Origin: Candidatus Methylophosphatis roskildensis
GTDB lineage: Bacteria > Pseudomonadota > Gammaproteobacteria > Burkholderiales > Rhodocyclaceae
NCBI GenBank assembly: GCA_016708905.1
Contig: JADJEV010000001.1
Span: 12,254-76,253 of the forward strand
Direction of reading: 5' to 3'
Length of the DNA: 64,000 bases
The position numbers and the translations under genes were made by a program. This document shows positions 1 to 11,697 of the stretch, one piece after another. The notes beneath the pieces are model-generated. The model made no database searches. It saw only the letters and a list, made by a program, of their open reading frames with translations, and was not told the DNA's origin. Position 1 is the stretch's first letter. Each line of letters opens with the position of its first letter.

Positions 1-1116
1 GGACGGACGATGAAAATGGAATTGCACCAGTTCGTACTCGCGGCCCATCACGATGATGCGATTGCCGGCGGTCAGGCGCACCTGCACCGTGTGACCGTTG
101 TCGATCACGCTAAACCCCGACGGCTTGTAATAGAAACGCACCGGCTCCTGATCGACCCGGATGCCGTCGCGAATGTCGATCGGTGACTGGCGCTCGCCGG
201 TGCTGCAGGTCTTCCATTCCGGTTTTAGCGTGCCCCAGCTATCGGGGCCGGTTTCGCCCTCGTAGGTCCAGTGCACGTCATGACCGGTTCCACTGTGACT
301 GTCTTTGGCGAGCAGATCGACTGCCTTGACCGCCGTGACCGCAGTGACTGGTTTCGCCGGCGCGGCATGGCCGGCGAGCGCAAGCTCCTCCTTCGCAGCC
401 GGCCGATGCCTGTCGGGTATTCCGCGCGGCGGCTTCGCCTCGACCGCCGGCTTGCGGATCGGCGCAACGGCATGCGAGCCCGGCTCTGCCTTGGCGACGG
501 CCGGCTTCGGCGCCGACTTGCCGGCGGGCTTCGATTCCTCGCGCGCTGCCGGTTTGGCATCGTGCTTGTCGATGCCTACCGCGGCGCGGGTCGCTTCCGC
601 TTCAGCCTTGAGATCGGCGTGACGCAGGGTCGGCCGGATGTCGACGAGAGGCTTCTTGACCTCAGCATCGGCCGTGCCGGCCTTCTGGCCGGCCTCGGCC
701 GCCTGCAGCGCGACCTTCTTCAGTTCACCGACCGTCGGCGGTTGGCAGACCTCACGAAACAGCTTGGCGTCGGTCGTGCCGGCCTGCACCGCGGATTCAC
801 GTTCGCCTTCGACGCGCTCCTCGCGCATCACCGTCATGTCCTCGCGCAGGAATACGCGTTTGATCGTCGAATAGCGGTTGGCGCGGCAATCGTAGCGATT
901 GAGCGCCTTCAGCGTGTGGTAGCCCTCGCGGGCCGCGACGTCGGGTGCCACGACCAGCCGCATCCAGACGATCTTCTTGCCCGGATCGGACGGCAACAGG
1001 CTGGCCCGGTCGATATCGACGCGTGCGCCTTTTTCCGACGCGATGTTCTGCCAGTCGGCGGCCAGTGTCGGCAGCGACGCTGCCGCTGCGATCAATAGCG
1101 GAATGATCCTGCGCAT
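1..1116 (-). CDS. alpha-carbonic anhydrase precursor, N-terminal 372 codons (ORF runs off the left edge of the window)
   Basis: Absent from the supplied track because it is open at position 1. ATG at 1116 is preceded by GAGG. The translation starts MRRIIPLLIAAAASLPTLAADW (signal peptide) and continues through a K/A/P-rich linker. It then reads HDVHWTYEGETGPDSWG..CSTGERQSPIDI..NGHTVQV..YELVQFHFHRPS, the alpha-CA signature. Confidence 0.8.
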   Translation of the reverse strand, partial: MRRIIPLLIAAAASLPTLAADWQNIASEKGARVDIDRASLLPSDPGKKIVWMRLVVAPDVAAREGYHTLKALNRYDCRANRYSTIKRVFLREDMTVMREERVEGERESAVQAGTTDAKLFREVCQPPTVGELKKVALQAAEAGQKAGTADAEVKKPLVDIRPTLRHADLKAEAEATRAAVGIDKHDAKPAAREESKPAGKSAPKPAVAKAEPGSHAVAPIRKPAVEAKPPRGIPDRHRPAAKEELALAGHAAPAKPVTAVTAVKAVDLLAKDSHSGTGHDVHWTYEGETGPDSWGTLKPEWKTCSTGERQSPIDIRDGIRVDQEPVRFYYKPSGFSVIDNGHTVQVRLTAGNRIIVMGREYELVQFHFHRPS

Positions 1117-1735
1117 CTTCGTACCTCAAAAAGACGGCCGGAAACCACCGGCCGCAAATCCCACTACAAGGAGGCTGATACAGGTTTCTTTACGACCGGC
1201 CCCACCGCTGCTTGAGCGCTGCGGGCAGGGTGGATCGGCGCTATCTGAATTAGTTTGTTAGTGCAATGGGTTAGCACGCAAGGCTGGACAAGCCCGGGAT
1301 TTCTCGGTATAACCCATGGGATGGAATCGATGAAACCCATGGCGCAAGTCCTATCGGAGCTTCAGGTACGGCCGGTAGAGCGCAGCGAGGAACAACGCTA
1401 TCGAGAGCAGATGGCGCGGCATCATTATCTGGGAGATCTCGCGAAGATCGGCGAGGCGATCTGGTATGTCGCAACCTGGCGCGGTCAGTGGGTCGCGCAA
1501 CTCAACGTCTCGGCGGCGGCCCTGAAATGCGGCGTGCGTGATCGATGGATCGGCTGGGACTTTCGCACGCAGTATGACCGACTCAAACTCATCGCCAACA
1601 ACAGTCGCTTCCTGATCCTGCCCGAGTGGCACCGGCCGAATATTGGCTCACGGGTGCTCTCGCTCACTGAACGGCGCATCGCCCGCGACTGGCAGGCGCG
1701 CTTTGGTCATCCCTTGCTCCTGCTGGAAACCTTTG

Positions 1736-3337
1736 GGTGTAACTCTCATACTGATGCCCGGCGAGTTGGAAGCGGCACGACGTTTTCGGGGAAGTGAATC
1801 TCGCGCCGGTATTGAGCCGAGACGAGCTGCCACGCGGCATCGAAGCGCTCGCTCTGCGCCAGCGCACGGAAGGTGAGGATCGCCTGCCCGCCGTCGATGC
1901 TCCAGCGTTGCCCCGAGCGTTTCATGCGCTGGGTCACCAGCGTCTTGCAGGCCGCCTCCACCACGCCCGAGCCGATCGGCAGATTCTCGGCACGTAGTCG
2001 CGCATAGTCCATGCGTGCGCGGTTGCGCCGGAAGTACGCCAGTTCCTGCTTGAGCGCCTTGCAACGGCGCTTGCGGCTGTGATGGTAGGCGAGCGTGCGG
2101 ATCACCTTGCCCACGCCGTCCTCGGCCTTGAGCAGCAGATGGCGGTATTCCTTGAAGCGGGCCTGCGCCTTAGGGGACGTTTCACCATAGACATGACCGA
2201 AGGCCCGCCGCAGATGTTCCGCGGCGTGGTAGAAGTCCACCACTTCCTCGCCTGGGGGCAGTTCCTTGGCGAGGAACTCCCAGTTGTCGCGCGCCCCATC
2301 GGCCACCTTGACCAGTCGTAGTTGCGGTTGGCTCGCGAGCGCATGTTCGACTTCGGCCACCAGTTGGCGCTTGAGTGTGCACTTCTTCGGCTCGGGCATG
2401 CGCGCATGACGCACCGTGCGCAGCCGCTCGCCGGCCCCGTCATAGTGGCTCAGCGTGCCGCAGCCCACTTCGCGAAATCCCGCTGGCCCCTTGGTGGGCT
2501 TGCCCTGCTGTCGGCTTTGTTCGCGTTTGTCCTCGCGCTGCCCGTCTTTCATCGGCGCCATCACCCCGTCCAGCGAGACCGCAAGCACGGCGGCCTGGGC
2601 GAGGGGCGGCGCCTGCTCGCGCAACTGGCTCTCCCACTGCATACGATGTTGTTCCCACTTCGCGTCAATCGCCTTGGGCAGTCGGTCCAGGCTGCTGCGT
2701 GAGGGGTGCATGCCGCCCAACTCGCCAAACAACTGCTCGCCTTCGGCCGGCGTCAGATGGGTGACCACCCACAAGCCCATCCGCGCGGCCAGCGGGGTGA
2801 AGAACCCCTCGACGATCCCAGCACGCAACTCCAGCGGGCATTCGCTCTGCCCGTTGGTGCCCGCCGCACGGTAACGGTGGCGCAGCACCTTCACCGGTCC
2901 GGCCGCCGTCATGTATTCGCCGTAGCCGCTGACCACCCGTCGGTAGAGCACCCCCTCGATCCTCAGCACCGGGAGCGTCACGTCCAGCCGCGCCAGCTCT
3001 TCGCCGACAAACTCGCGCTCGGCTTCGGCAAAGCGCCGGCGCACTTCGCGCTCGAACGCTTCGAACCCTTCTCCATGGTCACTTGCGCAGCGCCTGCGCC
3101 CCTCGATAAAACACAATAGGCTCTCCAGCGCCTTGCCGCCGACACGCGCCTTTTCCTTGAGCGCGCCAACTTTCGCTACACTTTCCATGGGCCAGCCTCC
3201 GGTGGTTGTTTCTCGCAAATCCAACCGCCTTCTATCACGAGGTTGGCCCACCCCCCATGCCAGACAAATTTCGTCTGGACACACTATCAGCATACTCATA
3301 AGCCATTGATTTTATTATCAACGGTAGACCTACACCC
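1736..3337 (-). mobile_element. ISKra4-family insertion sequence
   Basis: 8-9 bp target duplication AAACCTTT(G) at 1727-1735 and 3338-3346. Terminal inverted repeats are (G)GGTGTAACTCTCATACTGAT and the reverse complement of ATCAACGGTAGACCTACACCC. Removing the element restores the interrupted DUF4338 reading frame. Confidence 0.8.
1746..3188 (-). CDS. ISKra4-family transposase
   Basis: ATG at 3188 is preceded by GGAGG. Translation MESVAKVGALKEKARV.. ..SLDGVMAPMKDG.. ..VKVADGARDNWEF.. ..VDFYHAAEHL.. ..LPIGSGVVEAACKTLVTQRMKRSGQRWS matches my memory of ISKra4 transposases. Confidence 0.85.
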   Translation of the reverse strand: MESVAKVGALKEKARVGGKALESLLCFIEGRRRCASDHGEGFEAFEREVRRRFAEAEREFVGEELARLDVTLPVLRIEGVLYRRVVSGYGEYMTAAGPVKVLRHRYRAAGTNGQSECPLELRAGIVEGFFTPLAARMGLWVVTHLTPAEGEQLFGELGGMHPSRSSLDRLPKAIDAKWEQHRMQWESQLREQAPPLAQAAVLAVSLDGVMAPMKDGQREDKREQSRQQGKPTKGPAGFREVGCGTLSHYDGAGERLRTVRHARMPEPKKCTLKRQLVAEVEHALASQPQLRLVKVADGARDNWEFLAKELPPGEEVVDFYHAAEHLRRAFGHVYGETSPKAQARFKEYRHLLLKAEDGVGKVIRTLAYHHSRKRRCKALKQELAYFRRNRARMDYARLRAENLPIGSGVVEAACKTLVTQRMKRSGQRWSIDGGQAILTFRALAQSERFDAAWQLVSAQYRREIHFPENVVPLPTRRASV

Positions 3338-4825
3338 AAACCTTTGTCGATCCGCGGCGATTTCATGGCGGCGTCTATCGCGCGGCCAACTGGACGGAAC
3401 TGGGGCTCACTCAAGGCTACCGGCGCACGCGGCAAGGCTACAGCGGCGAGATTGACGCGCCCAAGCGCGTGTTTGTGCGTGCCTTGCACCGGGCCGCCCG
3501 AGCGCAATTGACGCATCCTGAGCGCAATCACCTCCAACTCACGGGAGCCCCAAAATTGATGCTGAGCGCTGAGCAGATGCGCGCGCTGCCGCTGTGCTTC
3601 ACCACCGTCACCGACCCGCGCCGCCGGCAAGGGCGCCGCCACCGCCTGCCCGTGGTGCTGGGCATTGCCGCGGGCGCCATCCTGTGCGGCATGCGCGGCT
3701 ACAAGGCCGCCCATGACTGGGCCGAAAGCCTGGGGCAAAAGGCACGTGAGCGCTTTGGCTGTCGGCGCGAGAAGGGGCGTTATGTCGTCCCCAGCGAATT
3801 CGTCATCCGCGATTGCCTGGTGCGCATTGAACCGGACACGCTGGATCGCGCGCTCAATGTCTGGAACCAGGCGTGGGCAAAAGACGACCGGGCGCTGGCG
3901 ATGGATGGTAAAGTCATGAAGAACGCGATCGACGCGCAGGGCTATCAAACGCACATCCTGAGCGTGATCGGCCATGAGTCGAACACCTGCCACACCCAAA
4001 AAAGTCGGGACATTGCCCGTAGCCGGCAGCGATGAGCAAAAGCGTACCAACGAGATCGGCATGGCCATCCCCGTGCTCGATGGCTGCGCGCTCGCCGGCA
4101 AGGTGGTCACGGCCGATGCGCTGCTGACCCAGCGCACACTGGCAGCGTATCTGATCGGGCGCAAGGCCCACTATAGCTTTACCGTCAAAGGCAACCAGCC
4201 CGGTCTCGAACGCGAAATCGCCTTGCTGTTTGAAAAGCGGGGCGATCCTGACTTCGTCGACGTGACCCCGCCTGACCATGGCCGCATCGAGACCCGACGC
4301 ATCTGGTGCAGTACGGCGCTCAATGCCTACCTCGATTTCCCTCACGTCGGCCAGGTGTTCATGATCGAGCGCGAATCAATCAAGAAGAAAACCGGCGAGT
4401 CATCGCGTGAGATCGCGCTGGGCATCACGAGCCAGTCGCCGCACGAGGCCTCGGCGCAAGAGGTCTTGGCGATCAATCGCGGCCACTGGACCATCGAGAG
4501 CACCCATTACATCATCGACTGGAACTACGACGAGGATCGCTCTCGCATCCGTACCGGCCACGGCCCGGAAAACATCACCCGCCTGCGTCGCTTCGCCGTC
4601 GGCATCCTCAAGTCCTTTCAGAGCACCGAGTCTATCGCCGAGATGATGCGCAAACTTTGCTTCAATACCCGCCTCGTCTTCGACTACTTGCGCATGACCA
4701 ATAACTCAGCTTCCAGACCACGGGTTATTTGAGAACAAATTTACCGTGGCGCTGCGGGACGGGCGGATTTACAGCCCGCCCGCTTTGGCGTAAGGTTTCA
4801 CCGCTGACCTGGGGGTCCTGACACA

Positions 4826-4903
4826 CCGCGCGGCATCGGTGCAGTCGGGTGAGAGAGTCCCTTTGAACCTGATCCGGGTAATGCCGGCGAAGGGAAGCGC
4901 AGC
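4826..4903 (+). promoter_or_regulatory. TPP (THI-box) riboswitch upstream of thiC
   Basis: GGTGCAGTCGGGTGAGAGAGTCCCTTTGAACCTGATCCGGGTAATGCCGGCGAAGGGAAGC matches the THI-box core (CUGAGA-like, ACCCUUUGAACCUGAUC.GG.UAAUGCC.GCG.AGGGA). Downstream, TTCTCCT (4931-4937) is complementary to the thiC Shine-Dalgarno AGGAGAA (4967-4973). This suggests translational control. Confidence 0.85.
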
Positions 4904-4976
4904 GAACGGGGCCCCTGCCCCGTCCGGCCGTTCTCCTCGTCGCGCCCCGAAACACGTTATCGCGCAAGGAGAAGGC

Positions 4977-6891
<1,915 letters not shown>

Positions 6892-6903
6892 GACCCGCAC
6901 CAG

Positions 6904-6940
6904 ATGGCGTTCTCCGGGCAGGCTGGCCGGAGAGCGCCAT
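6904..6940 (+). terminator. hairpin downstream of thiC (possible terminator, weak T tract)
   Basis: ATGGCGTTCTCCGG (6904-6917) pairs with CCGGAGAGCGCCAT (6927-6940), with one G-U pair. It is followed by TTCAT. Confidence 0.4.
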
Positions 6941-7081
6941 TTCATGCGCCTTCCAGGCATTGCCGCCCGCAGATCGCCATCTGGTGCGGCTTCCAGGCCT
7001 GCTCGCGGAATCTTCATGGATTCCGTCGGCAAGGCGGCGGATGCGGCACAATTGCCGGTTTGTCTTTACCGCTGAACTACG

Positions 7082-10000
7082 ATGGATCTGGCGAAATCGC
7101 TCGCGCGGCTCGACGACGCCGCGCTCTCCGAGTTCTTCTCCAACTCGGCAATTGCCAAGGCCCGCGGCTACCTCGCCCGGGTGCGCGAAATCGAGCGCAC
7201 CGGCGACCTGCTGCGGGCGAAGGTGCAGGGTTCCGACTACGCGCCTTACGCCGTCTCGATACGGCTGGAAAGCCGCGAGTTCTTCGGCACGCCATCGCTG
7301 GAAATCGCCACCCGTTGCACCTGCCCGGTCGGCAATCGCTGCAAGCACGCGGCCGCACTGCTGATGGCGGTGCGCAAGCAGGGCCTGCCGGCCGATAAGC
7401 CGCGCAGCGAAGTCCTGCTATGGGCGGCCGGGCTGAAGAAACGCATCGATACCGCCCTGCGCGCCGCCGACAAGCCGCAGCGCCCACGCGATGCGATCTT
7501 CTACGTGATCGCAGCCGACGAAAGCGGCAACGACGCCAGTCTGCACCTGTTGAAGGGCGCAGCCGACGAGCAGGGGCGCCCCAAGGGCGGCGCCAGAGCG
7601 TGGGACAACGTCGACCAGGCGCTGGTACGGCCGCCCACGTTCGTGCAGGAGAGCGATCTCGACGTTTTCCGCGCGCTGCTGCGGCACCGCCGCAAGCGCG
7701 ACTATTACGGCGACGTCAGGCTGCATGGCGCCAGCGGCGCGACACTGCTCGAAGCCGTGTTGGCCACCGGCCGTATGTGGGCCGGGCACGACTATGACGA
7801 GACCATGCGCCCGCTGCAACGTGCGGCACCGCGTGCCGGTCATCTGATCTGGCGCAATGTCGCCGCCGGGCTGGCACCCGTGGTGGCGACCGAACCGGTG
7901 GGCGGCATCGTGCTGCCGACCGAACCCCTGTACTACCTGGACCTCGAGCGCGGCGAGATCGGCCGCGTCGGGCTCGAACACGCCGAGGTGGTGCTCGACG
8001 TGCTGCGGCTGCCGCCACTGACCGAGAACGAGTTGCCGCTGGTGGCAGCAGCGCTGGCCGATGTGGCGCCCGAGCTGCCGGCCACGCTGCCGGGCCAGAC
8101 CGGCGAACTCGAGGAACTCGCCGCGCCGCTCGAACCGGTGCTCACCATCGACACCCTGACCACCTGGGGCCATGCCAGGCATCGCGACTACGAACACACG
8201 TTCTCGCCGACGCGCTACGACTACGCGCTCGCCACGTTTCGCTATGGCGGTGCCGAGTTGCTGCCGGGCACCACGCACGGCGTCGTTTCCCTGCCCGACG
8301 GCCGCGCGGTGCGGCTGAAGCGCGACAGCGCGGCCGAGAACGCGGCACTGGCCGCGCTCGAGCGCGCCGGTTTGAAGCCGGTGCGTCCGCAATGGTTACG
8401 CCCGAGCGAAACGCGGCGGGAACTCGGGCTGCTGCTCGGTCTGGCCAGCGAAGTGGCGTGGACCGAGTTTTTCGCCGAGCAGGTGGCGGCGCTGCGCCAG
8501 GCCGGCTGGCATATCGACTGCCCGGCAGACTTTCGTCACCGCGTGCTGGCGGTAACCGAATGGGATGCCGAACTCGAGGAGGATGCCAACGGCTGGTTCG
8601 CCCTCTCGCTGGGCATCGAGGTCGAGGGCCGGCGGCTCGAACTGGCCCCCTTGCTGCACCAGTTGTTCCGCCGCGAACCGCGCTGGCTCGACCCGAAAAA
8701 GCTCGAACAGATCGGCAACGACGAGAGCGTGATCGTCTTCACCGAGGCGGGCGAGCGCATCGCGATACCGGCGCAGCGGATCAAGCCGCTGGCGCGCACC
8801 CTGGTCGACCTGTTCGACGCGCCCGAGGCTGGCGCGCTGCGCGTTTCGCGCTTCGACGCGCCGCGGCTGGCCGAGGCGCTGGACGAGAACTGGCAGACGC
8901 GCGGCATGCAGCCGCTGGAAGACTGGCATGCGCGTATCCGAAAAGCGCAGGGGATCGAGCGCGTCGACCCGCCACAGGGGCTGGCGATCGAGTTGCGGCC
9001 CTACCAGCTCGAAGGGCTGGCCTGGCTGCAGCACCTGCGCACTAGCGATCTGGCCGGCATACTCGCCGACGACATGGGCCTGGGCAAGACCGCGCAGGCG
9101 CTCGCCCATCTGCTGGCGGAGAAGCAGGCCGGGCGGCTCGACCGGCCGGCGCTGGTGGTACTGCCGACCTCGCTGATCTTCAACTGGAAGCGCGAGGCCG
9201 GCCGCTTCGCGCCGGATCTCTCGGTGCTCAAGCTGCAGGGCAAGGCGCGCGGCGAGGCCTTCGCGCAGATCCCGCACCATGACATCTGCCTGACCACCTA
9301 TCCGCTGCTGTGGCGCGACCGCGAACACCTGGCGGCGCACGCCTACCACTACGTGATTCTCGACGAGGCGCAGACGGTGAAGAACGCCGCCAGCCAGGCC
9401 GCGCAGGTGGTGCGCCAGCTCGATGCCCGCCATCGCCTGTGCCTGACCGGCACCCCGCTGGAGAATCATCTCGGCGAGCTGTGGTCGCAGTTCGATTTCC
9501 TGCTGCCGGGCTTTCTCGGTGCCGCAAAGGATTTCACCTCCCGCTGGCGCACCCCGATCGAGAAACGCGGCGACGCGCTGCGCGGGCGCCTGCTGGCCCA
9601 GCGCGTGGCCCCCTTCATTCTGCGGCGCAAGAAGGAGGACGTGGCGAAGGAGCTGCCGCCCAAGACCATCGTGTTGCGCACCGTCGAACTGCAAGGCCGC
9701 CAGCGCGACCTCTACGAAACCGTGCGCAGCGCGATGGACAAGCGGGTGCGCGAGGAGATCGCTGCGCGCGGATTCGCGCGCAGCCAGATCGTGATTCTCG
9801 ACGCGCTGCTCAAGCTGCGCCAGGTGTGCTGCGACCCGCGCCTGCTCAAGCTGTCGGCGGCGGAGAAGGTCAAGGAGCGCGCCAAGCTGGATCTGCTGAT
9901 GGAAATGCTTCCCGAACTGGTCGAGGAGGGCCGGCGCGTTCTGGTGTTTTCGCAATTCACCCGGATGCTGGCATTGATCGAGGCCGAATTGAATGATCGC

Positions 10001-10393
10001 GGCATCGGCTACAGCCTGCTCACCGGCCAGACGCAGAAGCGCGAAGCGGCGATCGCGAAGTTTCAGGACGGCGCGGTGCCGGTGTTCCTGATCAGCCTCA
10101 AGGCCGGCGGCGTGGGCCTCAACCTGACCGCGGCCGACACCGTGATCCACTACGACCCGTGGTGGAACCCGGCGGTGGAGAACCAGGCGACCGACCGCGC
10201 CCACCGCATCGGCCAGACGAAGAACGTGTTCGTCTACAAGTTGATCGCGGCCGGCAGCATCGAGGAAAAGATCCTCGCGCTGCAGGAGAAGAAGGCGGAA
10301 CTCGCCGCCGGCATACTCAACGAGGACCGCGAGAGCATGGCCAAGTTCGGCGAAGACGACATCCGCGACCTGCTGGCCGCACTGCCGGAATGA
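7082..10393 (+). CDS. SNF2-family helicase with N-terminal SWIM zinc finger
   Basis: 1103-aa ORF. SWIM motif CTCPVGNRCKHAAALL. SNF2 motifs LADDMGLGKTAQ, VILDEAQTVKN, LTGTPLENHL, and helicase C QATDRAHRIGQ. Confidence 0.85.
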   Translation: MDLAKSLARLDDAALSEFFSNSAIAKARGYLARVREIERTGDLLRAKVQGSDYAPYAVSIRLESREFFGTPSLEIATRCTCPVGNRCKHAAALLMAVRKQGLPADKPRSEVLLWAAGLKKRIDTALRAADKPQRPRDAIFYVIAADESGNDASLHLLKGAADEQGRPKGGARAWDNVDQALVRPPTFVQESDLDVFRALLRHRRKRDYYGDVRLHGASGATLLEAVLATGRMWAGHDYDETMRPLQRAAPRAGHLIWRNVAAGLAPVVATEPVGGIVLPTEPLYYLDLERGEIGRVGLEHAEVVLDVLRLPPLTENELPLVAAALADVAPELPATLPGQTGELEELAAPLEPVLTIDTLTTWGHARHRDYEHTFSPTRYDYALATFRYGGAELLPGTTHGVVSLPDGRAVRLKRDSAAENAALAALERAGLKPVRPQWLRPSETRRELGLLLGLASEVAWTEFFAEQVAALRQAGWHIDCPADFRHRVLAVTEWDAELEEDANGWFALSLGIEVEGRRLELAPLLHQLFRREPRWLDPKKLEQIGNDESVIVFTEAGERIAIPAQRIKPLARTLVDLFDAPEAGALRVSRFDAPRLAEALDENWQTRGMQPLEDWHARIRKAQGIERVDPPQGLAIELRPYQLEGLAWLQHLRTSDLAGILADDMGLGKTAQALAHLLAEKQAGRLDRPALVVLPTSLIFNWKREAGRFAPDLSVLKLQGKARGEAFAQIPHHDICLTTYPLLWRDREHLAAHAYHYVILDEAQTVKNAASQAAQVVRQLDARHRLCLTGTPLENHLGELWSQFDFLLPGFLGAAKDFTSRWRTPIEKRGDALRGRLLAQRVAPFILRRKKEDVAKELPPKTIVLRTVELQGRQRDLYETVRSAMDKRVREEIAARGFARSQIVILDALLKLRQVCCDPRLLKLSAAEKVKERAKLDLLMEMLPELVEEGRRVLVFSQFTRMLALIEAELNDRGIGYSLLTGQTQKREAAIAKFQDGAVPVFLISLKAGGVGLNLTAADTVIHYDPWWNPAVENQATDRAHRIGQTKNVFVYKLIAAGSIEEKILALQEKKAELAAGILNEDRESMAKFGEDDIRDLLAALPE

Positions 10394-10959
10394 CGGAATT
10401 GCTCTCGCATAGCTCCAGCAAGTCAGCGGGCCGGCTGCCCATGAGAGCGCACCATAGCCCGTCTGGTTTCAATCGGTTGATCGGCGCATTCGACCGAGAT
10501 CTTTGCTTCCGAGTGTTCGGTGGCAGATGGCTGGTTTCGGATGCGCAACGGTTCTTACCCTTGCCGGTCCGGACGGCCGCTCCTCGGCCTCAACGGACGG
10601 TGGCGTTCAGCGCCAACTTGGTCTGCAATGCGACGGTTACCCGACGCTGGTCAGAATCCGTGCCGAACGGCAGGTTTCCATCTTCATTGGGGCCGGATTC
10701 GACCCAAACCTGCCGGTCGAGTATTTCAAAGCGGCCGTTCGCAGCAACAACCGACGGGACGGAAGCTGCCGTTCGTTACGCCGAGGCCCTGTGGGCGCCT
10801 GAGCGGCAGGTTTGAAGTTGGACCGGCCAGTGAGCGAAGGACAGCGCCGGTCAGCCACCGGCCATGACCTGCCGTTCGATGTGCCATCGAAATTTTGAAG
10901 CCTGTCGGAGCCTGAACGGCGGCTTTTCGGCGAGCAAGTTGGGGCGCAGTTAGGCAAGA

Positions 10960-11126
10960 CTCGGCCACAACCGGTCGGTCGCGATTTTTCTCCAAAGCCG
11001 ACGTTGAGCGAGACCGCCCACCCGCAAGCAGCCATTGGCTTGGCATTCTCAAATTTCGCGCGCGGCGGGCGGCTTTGTGGGGGTACCGGTCATTGACGTG
11101 TCGTTCGCCGAGGTCGGTACCCGGCC
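10960..11126. repeat. 167-bp inverted repeat, left copy (partner 13444-13610)
   Basis: Base-by-base comparison: the reverse complement of 10960-11126 equals 13444-13610 except for one mismatch (G/A at 10972 versus 13602). Confidence 0.95.
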
Positions 11127-11315
11127 AAGAAGCGACGCTCGCTGAATGCGAGAACGGCTTCGACGAATGGCCGCTCCGCACCTGTCAGCCGTCCTTCATC
11201 GGAAGCTGCCTGCGGGCATGATCGGCCATGGCAGTCACTCGTCATCGTGTAGCAAGTAAGCGCGGAGGTATTTGCGGACGTCCGCCTCCAGACTTCGTGC
11301 AACTGGCGATGTCCC

Positions 11316-11371
11316 CTAGCAGCCTGTCGGACTTGATTCGTGGGTGCGAATCAAGCCCGACAGGCTGCTAG
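11316..11371. repeat. long near-perfect hairpin (25-bp stem, 6-nt loop)
   Basis: CTAGCAGCCTGTCGGACTTGATTCG (11316-11340), loop TGGGTG, then CGAATCAAGCCCGACAGGCTGCTAG (11347-11371). One mismatch in the stem and no T tract. Confidence 0.9.
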
Positions 11372-11697
11372 ACCGCTCTATGCAAGCAAACACGAGACGA
11401 TTCAATGCAGGGGCAGCGTGCACTACCGACCCCGGAGCGCATCACAGCATGCCCGAATAACTCGACCGCTTCGAGCCGATTCGCATCGAACAGGTGGAAA
11501 GACCCAGGCAGCAAGCTTCTGTGGGCCACGCGCAAGGCAACCGGGTTGACGTCGCGGCCCAGTCTCCGCGACGACCTGTCAGACGCCCCGGTCAGATCGC
11601 TGCTCGTTGCCAATAATCCGGCTTGCTCGGACTCGGCCGATTGCGCCCACGGCGACGCTCCTAGGGCTTCAATGTTGAACGTCCCGTTGGGCGAGTT

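Larger units (their letters stand above)
1321..4732 (+). pseudogene. DUF4338-domain / ISAs1 (H-repeat) transposase fusion, split by ISKra4 and frameshifted in an A6 run
   Basis: Frame from 1321 reads ..ARHHYLGDL..RDRWIGWD..NNSRFLILP..LLLLETF and is cut at 1735. After the ISKra4 element it resumes in the same frame at 3346. It then reads VDPRRFHGGVYRAANWTELG.. and runs without a stop into LPLCFTTVTDPRRRQGRRHRLPVVLGIAAGAILCG.., ISAs1-type. The frame changes at AAAAAA 3998-4003, and the C-terminal part reads ..VTADALLTQR..INRGHWTIESTHYIIDWNYDEDRSRIRTGHGPEN.. Confidence 0.7.
1296..4740 (+). mobile_element. ISAs1-family insertion sequence (disrupted) whose transposase carries an N-terminal DUF4338 domain
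   Basis: Imperfect terminal inverted repeats TTCTC..ATAACCC.TGG..TGGAA at 1301-1326 and, reverse-complemented, at 4711-4735. The start codon (1321) and stop codon (4730-4732) of the fused ORF lie inside these repeats. Confidence 0.6.

Noticed and set aside
3991-4006. A AAA AAG-like slippery run in the ISAs1 transposase as a programmed frameshift site
   Set aside because: The downstream frame is +1 relative to the upstream frame, not -1. The zero-frame phasing (CAA AAA AGT) does not match the X XXY YYZ heptamer. Deleting one A restores ..TQKVGTL.., so an indel is the simpler explanation.
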